From positions 12,330-76,329 of the forward strand of contig CBDCKN010000008.1 of assembly GCA_965218295.1 (NCBI GenBank): a DNA stretch of 64,000 nt. Reading direction: 5' to 3'. Below, one piece after another: positions 40,882 through 51,341 of this stretch. The position numbers and the translations under genes are program-made. A model generated the notes under the pieces. That model was not told the origin of the DNA. It worked only from the letters and a program-made list of their open reading frames with translations, and ran no database searches. Within the stretch, counting starts at the first letter, position 1. The number at the start of each line of letters is the position of its first letter. The DNA is from Longimicrobiales bacterium. Its GTDB lineage: Bacteria > Gemmatimonadota > Gemmatimonadetes > Longimicrobiales > Gaopeijiaceae.

Positions 40882-42240
40882 CTAGAGGCCGAAGAGCCTG
40901 AGAATGTCGTTGGAGAGTGCCCAGAGCATGATCCCCATGACGATCAGGAAGCCGACGTGGCTCCAGCGTAGGCGCTGCTCAACCGATAGCGCCTTGCCCC
41001 GCACGGCTTCGATCCCCAAGAAGACCAGATGCCCCCCGTCCAGAATCGGGATGGGCAGGAGGTTGAGGATGGCCAGATTCACCGAGAAGAGCGCCATGAA
41101 CCGCAGGAACGTTTCGAGTCCCATCTGCGCCGCCTGGCCAGACGCTGCGCCGATGGTGACGATACTCCCTAACGATCGCGGCGACACCCCACCCGTCACC
41201 AGGTCCCGCAGGAAGTCGAGAATCAGAGCGGTTATGCCGATTGTCTCGGCCCACCCGAGCCGGATCGCCTGGGCAATGGACACCGGCTGGTACGATAGCT
41301 CCGCCCGGGGCTGGTATATGCCCACCTTCCCGACCCGGACCGTCTCGCCGGTCAAAGGATCATCATAGGTCTCCTCGTCGGGCGTGACGTAGCGCGTCAG
41401 AGGCCGACCCCGCCGCTCCAGCGACAGCTCGGTGCGCATGCCGGGTCTGGACTCGATGACGTCCACGAAATCGTACCAGTGGGTGATCGGCACACCGTTG
41501 GCCGTCAAGATCCGGTCGCCGGCCTCGAGCCCTCCCTTGTCCGCCGGTGAGCCCGAATTGACATAGCCCACCTCCGGCTCGACCCACAGGCGGAGGGCGC
41601 GCACGAGCTGAACCCGCACATCGGGGTCGGTGCCCAGGTCGATGGAGATCACCCCGGCGGGCTCCTCGGCGATCACCTCGAGCGGTCCGGTGGGCGCCTC
41701 CAGGATGCCGTCGCGGATGTCGCCCGAATGTTCGACTTCCCTATCACCCACTCGAACGAGCCGAGAACCCTCTGGTAGCTCGGCGAGGGCTTCGGTTCCT
41801 TCGGGCAGGAGTCGGACTTCCACGCGGGCGATCCGGTGCTCAACGATCTCGGCCAGACCCCACACGGCGTTTACGGTGAAGTAGACGGCGAATGCAAAGG
41901 CCATGTTCATGATGACGCCGGCCGAGATCACAAACGTCCTGGCCCAGATGGGCTTCCCGTCGAAGTCGCGGGACGAGGGCTTCCGGGGCTCCTTCACCGG
42001 CCCACCCTCCATACGCTCCGTGACCTCGTCGTCCATCCCCCCCATCTTCACGTAGCCGCCGAGGGGGATCCAGCTCACCACGTACTCGGTCTCACCTTTC
42101 TGGAAGCCGAAGATCGTGGGGCCCAGACCGATGGAGAACCGCTGTACCTCCACGCCCACGGCCTTGGCCGCAAGGAAGTGCCCCAGCTCGTGGACAAAGA
42201 TGAGGACGCCAAGTACGACAATGGTCGCCAGGATCGTCAT
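40882..42240 (-). CDS. rseP: RIP metalloprotease RseP
   Basis: HELGH, PLGGYVKM, PDZ region, NLLPIPILDGG. Confidence 0.95.
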   Translation of the reverse strand: MTILATIVVLGVLIFVHELGHFLAAKAVGVEVQRFSIGLGPTIFGFQKGETEYVVSWIPLGGYVKMGGMDDEVTERMEGGPVKEPRKPSSRDFDGKPIWARTFVISAGVIMNMAFAFAVYFTVNAVWGLAEIVEHRIARVEVRLLPEGTEALAELPEGSRLVRVGDREVEHSGDIRDGILEAPTGPLEVIAEEPAGVISIDLGTDPDVRVQLVRALRLWVEPEVGYVNSGSPADKGGLEAGDRILTANGVPITHWYDFVDVIESRPGMRTELSLERRGRPLTRYVTPDEETYDDPLTGETVRVGKVGIYQPRAELSYQPVSIAQAIRLGWAETIGITALILDFLRDLVTGGVSPRSLGSIVTIGAASGQAAQMGLETFLRFMALFSVNLAILNLLPIPILDGGHLVFLGIEAVRGKALSVEQRLRWSHVGFLIVMGIMLWALSNDILRLFGL

Positions 42241-42309
42241 TGCGTCTCTAATATCCCTCTCGTGGGCGTCTCACGCCCAGCGGTGCTCACGCCACCACCC
42301 GAATACGAA

Positions 42310-43476
42310 TCAGCCACTGGCCATGGATCGGGGCGAGGCAACGAACTCGCGAGCCGCCGCTCGGGCGGCCGCGTCTGCCTCCAGTACGTCACTCACCACC
42401 TCGACGTTCCGTCGGGGCACGTGGTCCATGGCGTGGGCGACCACGTCGGCCATCTCCAGGAATCCCACTCTTTCCGTCAGAAACGCATCTACCGCTATTT
42501 CGTTTGCTGCGTTGTAGACCGCGGGGACGGTACCCCCACGTACACCCGCTTCGACGCCGAGTGCGTAGAGCCCGAGGCGCTCGAGGTCGACTTCCTCGAA
42601 GGTGAGGGGGGACGATCGAATCGGGTCGAACGTCCTGAGCGCGGGATCTCCGACACGCTCGGGGTGGGACAGCGCGTACAGAATAGGGAGCTCCATGGTC
42701 GGAAAGCCGAGTTGGGCCAACACGGAGCCGTCAGTGAACTCGACGAAGGAGTGGACGACGGACTGGGGATGTACCACCACGTCGATCCGGTCGTACCCCA
42801 TGTCGTAGAGGAAGTGGGCCTCGATGACCTCCAGGGCCTTGTTGGCCAGAGTGGCCGAGTCAATGGTGATCTTGGCGCCCATGTCCCAGGTGGGATGGCG
42901 GAGCGCCTGGCTAGGGCTGACGCCCTCCAGCTTCTCGCGGCTGAAGCCCCGGAAGGGCCCTCCCGACGCCGTGAGCACCAAACGAGCCACCGACGACAAA
43001 TCGTATCCCTCCAGGCATTGTAAGATCGCCGAGTGCTCGCTGTCGATGGGGATCAGCTCACCACCACCCTGGCGGGCGGCCTCCATGACAAGGGGACCGG
43101 CGGCTGCCAGTGATTCCTTGTTCGCGAGGGCCAGGCGCTTGCCCGCTCGGAGGGCAGCGAGAGTGGCCTGCAGCCCCACCGAGCCGACGATGGCGTTTAC
43201 AACCACGTCGACCTCGGGATCGGTAACCAACTCCAGCACCTCCTCCGGGCCCGCTCTCCAGTCTGCGGGTGGGAGATTCGCCCTGTCCGTGAGAGCTTCC
43301 GGATCGGCGAGCACGGCCATCGGAACCTCGTGCTCGGCGACCTGGGCAGCGAGCCGGGCGACCGATCGATGGGCGCACAGAGCCACAACACGGAAGCGGT
43401 CCGGGTGGCGCTTAACCACCGAAAGCGTGGCGCGACCGATGGAGCCCGTCGACCCCAGGATGACGATGCGTATCAC
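42310..43476 (-). CDS. dxr: 1-deoxy-D-xylulose-5-phosphate reductoisomerase
   Basis: LGSTGSIG, LANKESL, PIDSEH, MGAKITIDSAT, NAANE. Confidence 0.97.
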   Translation of the reverse strand: MIRIVILGSTGSIGRATLSVVKRHPDRFRVVALCAHRSVARLAAQVAEHEVPMAVLADPEALTDRANLPPADWRAGPEEVLELVTDPEVDVVVNAIVGSVGLQATLAALRAGKRLALANKESLAAAGPLVMEAARQGGGELIPIDSEHSAILQCLEGYDLSSVARLVLTASGGPFRGFSREKLEGVSPSQALRHPTWDMGAKITIDSATLANKALEVIEAHFLYDMGYDRIDVVVHPQSVVHSFVEFTDGSVLAQLGFPTMELPILYALSHPERVGDPALRTFDPIRSSPLTFEEVDLERLGLYALGVEAGVRGGTVPAVYNAANEIAVDAFLTERVGFLEMADVVAHAMDHVPRRNVEVVSDVLEADAAARAAAREFVASPRSMASG

Positions 43477-43478
43477 GA

Positions 43479-44348
43479 TCAGTGCCGAATCAGGACCAGG
43501 AGCCCGTAGGTGAAGGGCACAGTGAAATACAGCGCATCCAGCCGATCGAGGACTCCGCCGTGTCCCGGGAGCAGGTGGCTAGAGTCCTTCACGCCTGCCT
43601 CACGCTTGATGACCGACTCGGCTAGGTCGCCCACCTGGCCCACCGGCGCGATGAGGGCACTCACACCGGCAGCGCCCACCATGGAAAGGCCGTACACCGG
43701 GACAGCGGAGAGCCAGAGCCATGAATACAGAGCTCCGACGGCCACCGAGCCCCCGAGACCTCCCAAAGCTCCCGCAACGGTCTTCTTCGGACTCACGGCC
43801 TCGATGAGCTTGGACTTGCCGAAGCGGGTTCCCAGCCCGTACGCGAAGCTGTCCCCGAGCCAGGTGACCCAGATCGGGAAGATGAGGAGGACGGCGCCGT
43901 GAAAGGCGGTAGCGGCATCGGAGCTCTGCTCCGGGAGGGCTCGAAGCAGGATCCAAAAGGACAGCGTGCCCCCCGTATAGAGCGCTCCACCGATGGTGGT
44001 CGCCGCGGCGGCGAGGGGCTGGCCTTCCGGCCAGCGCTGCCAGAGGACCAGGGCTAGTGCCAGCAACGTGGCGGCGACCACCAGGCTCAAAGCCACCTGG
44101 GCAAAATCGTGGTAGCTCGAGTGAGTCGTCGCGAGGAGCGGCAGGACTGCTGCGACTGGGATCCCGAGCCACCGCAGCGGCCTCGATCCCCGCGTCGCCG
44201 CCATCGAGTAGTACTCACTGGCCGAGAGACCCGAGGCCACGGCCATGAGAATGCCCAGATACCAGCCGCCCCAATAGATGATCATCACCGCCATCGGAAT
44301 TCCGATGGCCGCGACGATCAACCGGCTGGCCAGCTCCCCTTTGGGCAT
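43479..44348 (-). CDS. cdsA: Phosphatidate cytidylyltransferase
   Basis: SPKKT..G, GDLAESVIKREAGVKDS..LPGHGG.LDRLD. Confidence 0.94.
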   Translation of the reverse strand: MPKGELASRLIVAAIGIPMAVMIIYWGGWYLGILMAVASGLSASEYYSMAATRGSRPLRWLGIPVAAVLPLLATTHSSYHDFAQVALSLVVAATLLALALVLWQRWPEGQPLAAAATTIGGALYTGGTLSFWILLRALPEQSSDAATAFHGAVLLIFPIWVTWLGDSFAYGLGTRFGKSKLIEAVSPKKTVAGALGGLGGSVAVGALYSWLWLSAVPVYGLSMVGAAGVSALIAPVGQVGDLAESVIKREAGVKDSSHLLPGHGGVLDRLDALYFTVPFTYGLLVLIRH

Positions 44349-44362
44349 GGCGGGGGCGGCTC

Positions 44363-45109
44363 CTAGCTGACGGTCACACGACCGAAGCGTCGATCGCGTT
44401 CCTGGTAGTCCGAAATAGCCCGGAAGAGATCGACCCCGGAGAAATCGGGCCACAATACGGGCGTGACGTGCAGCTCCGTGTAAGCGAGCTGCCAGAGCAT
44501 GAAGTTGCTGATCCGGAGCTCCCCGGACGTGCGGATGAGAAGGTCGGGATCGGGGAGCCCCCTGGTGAAGAGGCTGTCACCGAACGACTCCTCATCGATT
44601 TCGCGTGGATCCAGCTCCCCCGCGGCCGCCCGCTCGGCCATGTGGCGGCACGCCCGCAGGATCTCTTCCCGGCTGGAGTACGAGATCATGAGATTGAGAC
44701 GGAGATTCATGCCTCCGGCCGTCTCGGAGACGATCTCCTCCACCGCGCCTCGAGTGGACTCGTCCAGAGCGTCCACGTTACCGAGCACGTGAACCTCGAC
44801 ACCCTGCTCCTTGAGCTCGGCCCTCTCCTGTGCGGCGTACAAGCGCAACAAGCCCATGAGGGCCATGATCTCTCGACGCGGACGCTGCCAGTTCTCCGTG
44901 GAGAAGGCGAAGAGGGTAAGAATCTCGATTCCGGCGTCGATGGAGCCTTCAATGGCCTTCCGAACCGCCTTCATGCCCTCTTTGTGGCCCGCAACACGGG
45001 GGAGGCTGCGCTGTTTGGCCCATCGCCCGTTCCCATCCATGATGATGGCCACGTGTCGCGGGATCTGACCGTGGACGCAAATCTTCTGTAGGAGTTCCGA
45101 GGGCACCAT
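44363..45109 (-). CDS. uppS: Undecaprenyl diphosphate synthase
   Basis: HVAIIMDGNGRWA, FSTENW, DLLIRTSGELRISNF. Confidence 0.96.
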   Translation of the reverse strand: MVPSELLQKICVHGQIPRHVAIIMDGNGRWAKQRSLPRVAGHKEGMKAVRKAIEGSIDAGIEILTLFAFSTENWQRPRREIMALMGLLRLYAAQERAELKEQGVEVHVLGNVDALDESTRGAVEEIVSETAGGMNLRLNLMISYSSREEILRACRHMAERAAAGELDPREIDEESFGDSLFTRGLPDPDLLIRTSGELRISNFMLWQLAYTELHVTPVLWPDFSGVDLFRAISDYQERDRRFGRVTVS

Positions 45110-45159
45110 AACCAGTGAAGGCCGGTCGAGCGGGTCGCAGCGAGCAGCAGCGCGACCGG

Positions 45160-45708
45160 CTAGATGGCCATCACCTCCTTCTCCTTGTGCTGAAGCATGT
45201 CGTCCATCTTCCGGATATGATCGTCCGTCAGCTTCTGGATTTCTTCGAGCTGCCGGTGACCCTCGTCATCGCCCGTCTCATGCTCCTTGATGGCGTTCTT
45301 GATGTCGTCGTTACCCACCTTGCGGGCATGCCGGATCGAGATCCGGCCCTCCTCGACCATCTGGTGTAGCAGCTTCACGTACTCCTTCCGGCGCTCCTCG
45401 TTCAGCGGCGGGATCGGAACCCGGATCAGATTCCCGTCGTTGGCAGGATTGAGTCCCAGGTCGGCTGTCAGGATCGCCCGCTCGATATCGCCTAGGAGCG
45501 CCTTGTCGTACGGCTGGACCACGAGGAGGGAAGCTTCCGGCGTCGAAATGTTGGCTACCTGATTGAGCGGCATCTTCGAGCCGTAGGCGTCGACCCGTAC
45601 GGTGTCCAGGAGGGCGGGAGTCGCTTTGCCCGTTCGAACAGTCGCGAACTCGCGGCGCAACGCTTCGATGGCGTCATCCATCTTTGACCTGGCTTCCTTC
45701 AACGACAT
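45160..45708 (-). CDS. frr: Ribosome recycling factor
   Basis: VRTGKA.P, LGLNPANDG..IR..PPLNEERRKE. Confidence 0.96.
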   Translation of the reverse strand: MSLKEARSKMDDAIEALRREFATVRTGKATPALLDTVRVDAYGSKMPLNQVANISTPEASLLVVQPYDKALLGDIERAILTADLGLNPANDGNLIRVPIPPLNEERRKEYVKLLHQMVEEGRISIRHARKVGNDDIKNAIKEHETGDDEGHRQLEEIQKLTDDHIRKMDDMLQHKEKEVMAI

Positions 45709-45768
45709 AGCCACCTCTCAGCGTGTGCTTTTTCTTCGGCACCGACCAGCGGGCCGCCTTTATCGGAG

Positions 45769-46503
45769 CTAGGAGACCAGGGTCCCTACCTTCTCTCCCC
45801 GAATGGCGGCGGCAACGGCTCCTCGATCCTCCAGATTGAGGATGATGATCGGGAGGTCGTTCTCTTTGCAAAGTGCGACCGCAGGGGCATCCATGACTCC
45901 GAGTTCCCGCGTGACAACCTCTTGAAAAGTAATGGCCGGAATGAACTGTGCCGAGGGGTCGTGAACAGGGTCGGCGCTGTAGACGCCCTTCACCTTGGTG
46001 GCCTTGATCACCACGTCGGAGCTCATCTCCATGGCCCTCAACACGGCGGCCGTATCGGTGGAGAAGTAGGGATTGCCCGTGCCACCGGCGAAAATCACCA
46101 CCCGCCCCTTCTCCATGTGCCTGAGCGCCCTCCGGCGAATGTAGGGCTCGGCCACCTCTTCCATGCGGATGGCGGTCATCACCCGGGTGGCGACTCCTTT
46201 GCGCTCGAGGAGGTCCTGGACGGCCAGGGCGTTGATGACGGTGGCGAGCATGCCCATGTAGTCCGCTTGTACGCGGTCCATGCCCTTCTGACTCGCCAGA
46301 GCTCCCCGGACGATGTTGCCTCCCCCGATCACGAGACCCAGGCTCACCCCCATCTCGTGAACCGCCCTTACCTCGTCGGTGAGGAGATCCACCACCGATG
46401 GCTCGATTCCGAAGCCCTGCTCACCGGCGAGGGCTTCGCCCGAGAGCTTGAGCAGGACTCTCTGGTACCTCACACCCGGGCTCGCAGCCATCTCGGCGCT
46501 CAT
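45769..46503 (-). CDS. pyrH: Uridylate kinase
   Basis: [24 protein letters not shown]. Confidence 0.97.
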   Translation of the reverse strand: MSAEMAASPGVRYQRVLLKLSGEALAGEQGFGIEPSVVDLLTDEVRAVHEMGVSLGLVIGGGNIVRGALASQKGMDRVQADYMGMLATVINALAVQDLLERKGVATRVMTAIRMEEVAEPYIRRRALRHMEKGRVVIFAGGTGNPYFSTDTAAVLRAMEMSSDVVIKATKVKGVYSADPVHDPSAQFIPAITFQEVVTRELGVMDAPAVALCKENDLPIIILNLEDRGAVAAAIRGEKVGTLVS

Positions 46504-47099
46504 GTGCCCTCGCCGACTTTCATGCGGGCGAACCGGGCGACCTCGATCTTCTCGCCGGTCTTGGCCGACGTCTCGGTGATCAACTCCTCGATGGTCTGAT
46601 CGGGATTCTTCACGAAGGCCTGTGGTAGTAATGTATTCTCCTTGAAGTACTTATTGAGCTTTCCCTCAACGATTTTCTCGGCGATGTGATCGGGCTTGCC
46701 CTGTTCTTTCACCTGCTCGCGGTAGACCTTGCGCTCCCGCTCGACGATCTCAGCGGGGATGTCCTCGGGACCCACCGCCAGCGGCGACGACGACGCGATG
46801 TGGAGCGCCAGATCCTTGGCAAGCTGTCTGAAGTCATCCGTGTTCGCCACGAAGTCCGTCTCGCAGTTGACCTCCACGATCACAGCGGTCCGGTTGTCGA
46901 AGTGGACGTACGAGCCGATGATCCCCTCGTTGGCCGACTTCTCCCCTCTCTTGGCCGCCTTTGCGGCTCCCCTGGCCCTCAGGAGATCGATGGCCGCCTC
47001 CATGTCGCCCTCGGTCTCCACCAGCGCCTTCTTGCAGTCCATCATGCCCGCCCCGGTTCTATCGCGGAGGGCCTTCACGTCTTTCGCAGAAATCGACAT
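46500..47099 (-). CDS. tsf: Elongation factor Ts (short form)
   Basis: [27 protein letters not shown]. Confidence 0.97.
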   Translation of the reverse strand: MSISAKDVKALRDRTGAGMMDCKKALVETEGDMEAAIDLLRARGAAKAAKRGEKSANEGIIGSYVHFDNRTAVIVEVNCETDFVANTDDFRQLAKDLALHIASSSPLAVGPEDIPAEIVERERKVYREQVKEQGKPDHIAEKIVEGKLNKYFKENTLLPQAFVKNPDQTIEELITETSAKTGEKIEVARFARMKVGEGT

Positions 47100-47137
47100 C
47101 GTCCAGTCCGTCTCACTCGAGTTGTTGTCCTAACTAT

Positions 47138-47173
47138 AAGAAAGAGGCGGGAGCTCCCAACTGCTCCGCCTCT
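47138..47173 (-). terminator. Intrinsic terminator/attenuator between rpsB and tsf
   Basis: Minus strand AGAGGCGGAGC-loop-GCTCCCGCCTCT followed by TTCTT. Confidence 0.65.
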
Positions 47174-47213
47174 ATCGTCCCCAAAAACAGCTGGGGCGCA
47201 GTCACTGCGGTGC

Positions 47214-48251
47214 TCAGGATTCGGATTCGGCCCCGCCCTTTTCAGCTTCAGCGTTCGCGGCGTCATCGGCGGCTTCTTCTCCGGAAGCGGCGGCCGAGCC
47301 TTCCGCTGCCGCCTCGGCGGTCGGTGCCTCGTCCTTCGTCTCCACGCCAGCAACGGACGACTCTTCCGTCTGCTCTCCACCCTCGTCCTTGGCGGCCTGG
47401 TCTCCAGCAGCGCCGTCCAATCGCTTGGCGATCATCTCGGGACGGGGATGCCGCTTCGGGCGCCGCCTGGCGGCTGGACGGTCCTGGACCTCGGTGGTCT
47501 CACCAGTCTCGGTCGAATAGGTCGTCGCCTGAGCCTCTTGAACCATCCGTTTCTTCTCTGCGGGCACCTGCGTGCTCGCCACCTGAACGGACTCGGCGAT
47601 GGCCTTCGTGATCAGGCCGACGGAACGGATGGCGTCGTCGTTGCCTGGAACCGGGTACTCGATCAGATCCGGATCGGCGTTGGTATCCGTGATGGCGATG
47701 ACCGGGATGCCAAGGCGATGTGCCTCGCGGACCGCGATGCCTTCACGCCTCACGTCTACCACGAAGAGGGCACCCGGGAGGCGAGTCATGTCCTTCACCC
47801 CCGACAGGTACTTGTCGAGCTTCGACCTCTCGCGGTCGAGGAGAAGACGCTCCTTCTTGGTATAGAACTCGAAGGCGCTCTCCTCCTGGCCGCGCTCCAG
47901 CTCTTTGAGACGGCGAATCTGCTTACGGATCGTCTGAAAGTTGGTGAGCATGCCGCCGAGCCAGCGCTCGGTTACGTAGAACGCGCCGCACGCGTTGGCC
48001 TCCTGCTCGATGATCCCCCGGAGCTGCCGCTTGGTGCAGACGAAGAGGACGCGCTCGCCGGCCAGAACCACCTCCCGCACGGCCTCCTGCGCCACGATCA
48101 GGCGATCGAGGGTCTTGCGGAGATCGATGATGTGGATGCCGTTGCGCTCCGTGAAGATGTATTTCCGCATCTTCGGATTCCAACGGCGGGTCTGGTGTCC
48201 GAAGTGGACGCCAGCCTCGAGCAGTTCGTTCAGGCCCACCTGCTGCTGCAT
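47214..48251 (-). CDS. rpsB: 30S ribosomal protein S2 with acidic C-terminal extension
   Basis: LLEAGVHFGHQTRRWNPKM, RWLGGMLTN, PGNDDAIRS. Confidence 0.98.
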   Translation of the reverse strand: MQQQVGLNELLEAGVHFGHQTRRWNPKMRKYIFTERNGIHIIDLRKTLDRLIVAQEAVREVVLAGERVLFVCTKRQLRGIIEQEANACGAFYVTERWLGGMLTNFQTIRKQIRRLKELERGQEESAFEFYTKKERLLLDRERSKLDKYLSGVKDMTRLPGALFVVDVRREGIAVREAHRLGIPVIAITDTNADPDLIEYPVPGNDDAIRSVGLITKAIAESVQVASTQVPAEKKRMVQEAQATTYSTETGETTEVQDRPAARRRPKRHPRPEMIAKRLDGAAGDQAAKDEGGEQTEESSVAGVETKDEAPTAEAAAEGSAAASGEEAADDAANAEAEKGGAESES

Positions 48252-48272
48252 GTATCTCTTCGTCTCGACGAT

Positions 48273-48665
48273 TTAACGCTTGGAGAACTGGAAGCGCTTC
48301 CGCGCCTTGGGGCGACCGGGCTTCTTCCTCTCGACCTTTCGCGAATCTCGGGTGAGGAAGTCGCCCGCCCGGAGCACTGGGCGCAGGTCCTCGTCGTGCT
48401 CTACCAGGGCCCTTGCGATACCCATGCGGAGGGCGTCGGCTTGACCCGTGGGCCCACCGCCACGGACGCGGACCCGGATATCGAACTGCCCGTCCATCTC
48501 CACCGCCTTGAGGGGCTGCTCGATGCGCTGTTGGTGGGTAGAACGGGGAAAGTACTCTGCCAGGGGACGCGAGTTCACCGACCATTCACCCTTACCGGGC
48601 TTGAGCATCACGCGGGCGACGGCGGTCTTCCGCCGGCCTACGGTCTGAATGCTGTTTTCCGCCAT
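48273..48665 (-). CDS. rpsI: 30S ribosomal protein S9
   Basis: GRRKTAVARV, ERKKPG..KARKRFQFSKR. Confidence 0.98.
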   Translation of the reverse strand: MAENSIQTVGRRKTAVARVMLKPGKGEWSVNSRPLAEYFPRSTHQQRIEQPLKAVEMDGQFDIRVRVRGGGPTGQADALRMGIARALVEHDEDLRPVLRAGDFLTRDSRKVERKKPGRPKARKRFQFSKR

Positions 48666-48685
48666 CACATCGTTTCCGATTCCGC

Positions 48686-49114
48686 TCAGATCTCCAGGTG
48701 CTGCGGCTGCTGACTCTGATGCGGGTGCTCAGAACCCGCATAGACCTTCAGCTTCTTACGCGTGTGCCGCCCCAGCGTGTTCTTGGGAAGCATGCCCCGG
48801 ACGGCCAACTCGATCACCCGATCCGGATGGGTCGCGATCATGCGCCGGAAAGGGATGTGCTTCTCGCCGCCCATGTATCCCGAGTGCCTGAAATAGGTCT
48901 TCTGATCCGCCTTGTTTCCGGTCAGCGTGACCTTCTCGGCGTTGATCACCACGACGTAATCTCCCACGTCGAGGTGGGGCGTGAACATCGGCTTATGCTT
49001 GCCACGAAGAATCCGAGCGATCTCGGTGGCGAGTCGACCCAGGGTTTTTCCCTCGGCATCGACGACCCACCAGGCGCGCTCGACCTCGTCTGCTTTCGGA
49101 GTGTATGTCTTCAC
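48686..49114 (-). CDS. rplM: 50S ribosomal protein L13
   Basis: [27 protein letters not shown]. Confidence 0.98.
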   Translation of the reverse strand: MKTYTPKADEVERAWWVVDAEGKTLGRLATEIARILRGKHKPMFTPHLDVGDYVVVINAEKVTLTGNKADQKTYFRHSGYMGGEKHIPFRRMIATHPDRVIELAVRGMLPKNTLGRHTRKKLKVYAGSEHPHQSQQPQHLEI

Positions 49115-49150
49115 CGTGTTCCCACGAATTGTTGAGCGACAGAGCTATAA

Positions 49151-49179
49151 AGGATAGTAGCGGCCACAGGGGGTGTCAA
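49151..49179 (-). promoter_or_regulatory. Putative sigma-70 promoter of the rplM operon
   Basis: TTGACA-N17-TATCCT. Confidence 0.65.
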
Positions 49180-49291
49180 CGGGGGAAAAGGCAGCGTTTT
49201 CATGGGGTTTCGACCGGACGAGATACCCGATCGTCGTGTCTCAGCGGACGGATCCTTCCGGGCTGCCGGACGCCTCTGTCAGCTACGCATT

Positions 49292-50146
49292 CTACTGGAA
49301 GTACGTCTCCAGAAAGCGGGCCCGGGACGCATGTCGGAGCCGTAGTAGCGCCTTCTCCTTGATCTGCCGCACCCTCTCTCGGGTGATCCCTAGCAACGAC
49401 CCGATCTCCTCCAGCGTCATGGGCTCCTGATCGTCGAGTCCGAAGTACAGCCTGAGGATCTTCGCCTCACGCTCCTTGAGCGTGGAGAGGGCATCTTCCA
49501 CACTCTCCTTCAGGGCGTGCTCGTAAGCTTCGTCTTCGGGTCCCGGGGAGTATTGGTCTGGCAGGTAATCGAGGAGCCGGTTGTCCTCACCCGGTGTAAT
49601 GGGCGCGTCGAGTGATAGATGGGATTGGGATATCGCCAGCGTACGCTCGACCTCCTCTTCCGAGATGTCGAGATCGTGGGCGAGCTCCTCTACAGTGGGC
49701 TCCCGTCCCAACTCCTGCAGAAGAGCCGAGCTCCTTCGTCCGATCCGATGGAGAGCTCCGGCCCGATTGAGGGGGACCCGTACGATCCGGCTCTGCTCCG
49801 CCAATGCCTGTAGAATGGCCTGCCGAATCCACCACACCGCATAGCTGATGAACTTGATACCCTTGGTCTCATCGAACTTGTGAGCGGCCCGAATGAGGCC
49901 GAGGTTCCCCTCGTTGATGAGATCGGAGAGGGGTACGCCTTGGTTCTGATACTTTTTCGCGACCGAGACGACGAATCGGAGGTTGGAGCGGACGAGCTTG
50001 TTCAGGGCCTCTTCCTCGCCCCGCCGAATGCCTTTGGCGAGGCGTACCTCTTCGGCCTTGTCGATCAGCGGATACTGGCTGATCTCCTTGAGGTACTGAT
50101 CGAGCGACCCTTCCCGGAAGGAACCTCGACGGGAAGGAAAGCTCAT
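49292..50146 (-). CDS. RpoD/SigA-family sigma-70 factor lacking region 1.1
   Basis: LDQYLKEI, NLRFVVSVAKKY, DLINEGNLGL, KFISYAVWWIRQAI, TRERVRQI; only 284 aa. Confidence 0.93.
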   Translation of the reverse strand: MSFPSRRGSFREGSLDQYLKEISQYPLIDKAEEVRLAKGIRRGEEEALNKLVRSNLRFVVSVAKKYQNQGVPLSDLINEGNLGLIRAAHKFDETKGIKFISYAVWWIRQAILQALAEQSRIVRVPLNRAGALHRIGRRSSALLQELGREPTVEELAHDLDISEEEVERTLAISQSHLSLDAPITPGEDNRLLDYLPDQYSPGPEDEAYEHALKESVEDALSTLKEREAKILRLYFGLDDQEPMTLEEIGSLLGITRERVRQIKEKALLRLRHASRARFLETYFQ

Positions 50147-50315
50147 CTAGCCCTCAGTCGTCCATGGGTCTGATCGCGTCTCCAAAAGGAAGGGGAGGCG
50201 CCGAAGCAGGGAAATGATAAGTCAAGGCGCTGGTAACGCAACCGCCCCAACGAAGAATCTCGGACGAATGCGGCGTGGCCGCCCACCCGCATCCACGACC
50301 TCGCGGCGGTATTCG

Positions 50316-51062
50316 TCAGCGGATTCGCCCACCTACCCGATCCCACCGCACGGCACGAAGCCACGGTGGTCGTTGTTCGCTGGTGGCGTCGAAGGAGAAG
50401 TACACGATCCAGGGCTGGCCGCGGATCGCTTCCCTGTTCACGAACCCCCAGTAGCGCGAATCCTCACTGTTGTCACGGTTGTCCCCCAGCACGAAGTAGC
50501 TGCTCTCCGGGATGGCGAGGGGACCCCAGTGGTCTCGTGAGGGCCGATAGTCTCCACTTCGTGAGCGCGGACGTCCAGTCGCCCTGGCCAACAGATGGCT
50601 GCGCTGCCACGTCATGTTCGGGTGAACGGCGTCGGCACCGCTGCGGTCGATATACCGCGCATATTCCTCATTCACCTCGACGCCGTTCACATAGAGGGCC
50701 TTGTCCCTCATCTCGAGCGTGTCGCCGGGCACGCCCACGACCCTCTTCACATAGTTCTTGAGGGGATCATGCGGAGGGTTGAATACCACTATGTCGCCTC
50801 GGCGTGGCTCTCTCCACGCCGGGAGCTTCATCCCCAACAGCGGCACCTCGGCTCCGTACGCCGCCTTGTTGACCAGCAGGAAATCCCCCACGAGAAGCGT
50901 TCCCTCCATGGAGGACGTGGGAATCTTGAAGGCCTCGACGAGGAAGGTCCGAACGACCAGAAAAAGGATGAGAGCGAAGAAGAGCGACCGGGTCCAGTCC
51001 CAGATCAGTCGAAGCGGGCCCGGCCCTCGTTGCTCTCGAACCGCGTTCCGTTCCTCGCGCAT
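50316..51062 (-). CDS. lepB: Signal peptidase I
   Basis: IPTSSMEGTL..GD, YVKRVVG.PGD, GDNRDNSEDSRYWG. Confidence 0.95.
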   Translation of the reverse strand: MREERNAVREQRGPGPLRLIWDWTRSLFFALILFLVVRTFLVEAFKIPTSSMEGTLLVGDFLLVNKAAYGAEVPLLGMKLPAWREPRRGDIVVFNPPHDPLKNYVKRVVGVPGDTLEMRDKALYVNGVEVNEEYARYIDRSGADAVHPNMTWQRSHLLARATGRPRSRSGDYRPSRDHWGPLAIPESSYFVLGDNRDNSEDSRYWGFVNREAIRGQPWIVYFSFDATSEQRPPWLRAVRWDRVGGRIR

Positions 51063-51341
51063 ATATGCCGTCCTGAACCGAATCTGGTGCCTTCGACCAT
51101 ACCCGCCACACTCTCTCCGAGTGCGGTGTGCCCTGTCCCCTGCCCTGGCTAGCGTCGACAGGTGGAAACCAAAAAATACACGGGTGCCGGGCCTCCGTTC
51201 CAGTCTGGGTGGGACGGGAGTACTCCGATTAGGCCTTCCCCCGAGAGGGGATCCGAGCCTAGTCTAGTGATAGAGGATATCACCGTCGAATGCACCAGTG
51301 ACGGGTCGGATCGGACCACCGGGATCAGAGGAGGGATATAC

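Noticed and set aside
46500..47099. Truncated EF-Ts
   Set aside because: About 200-aa EF-Ts is a known natural form (e.g. Thermus, cyanobacteria); both termini look complete
46686..48713. 675-aa plus-strand ORF and other long antisense ORFs (e.g. 4846-6435, 20269-21636, 28876-30000)
   Set aside because: They shadow well-supported minus-strand genes; expected from high-GC codon bias; no recognisable motifs
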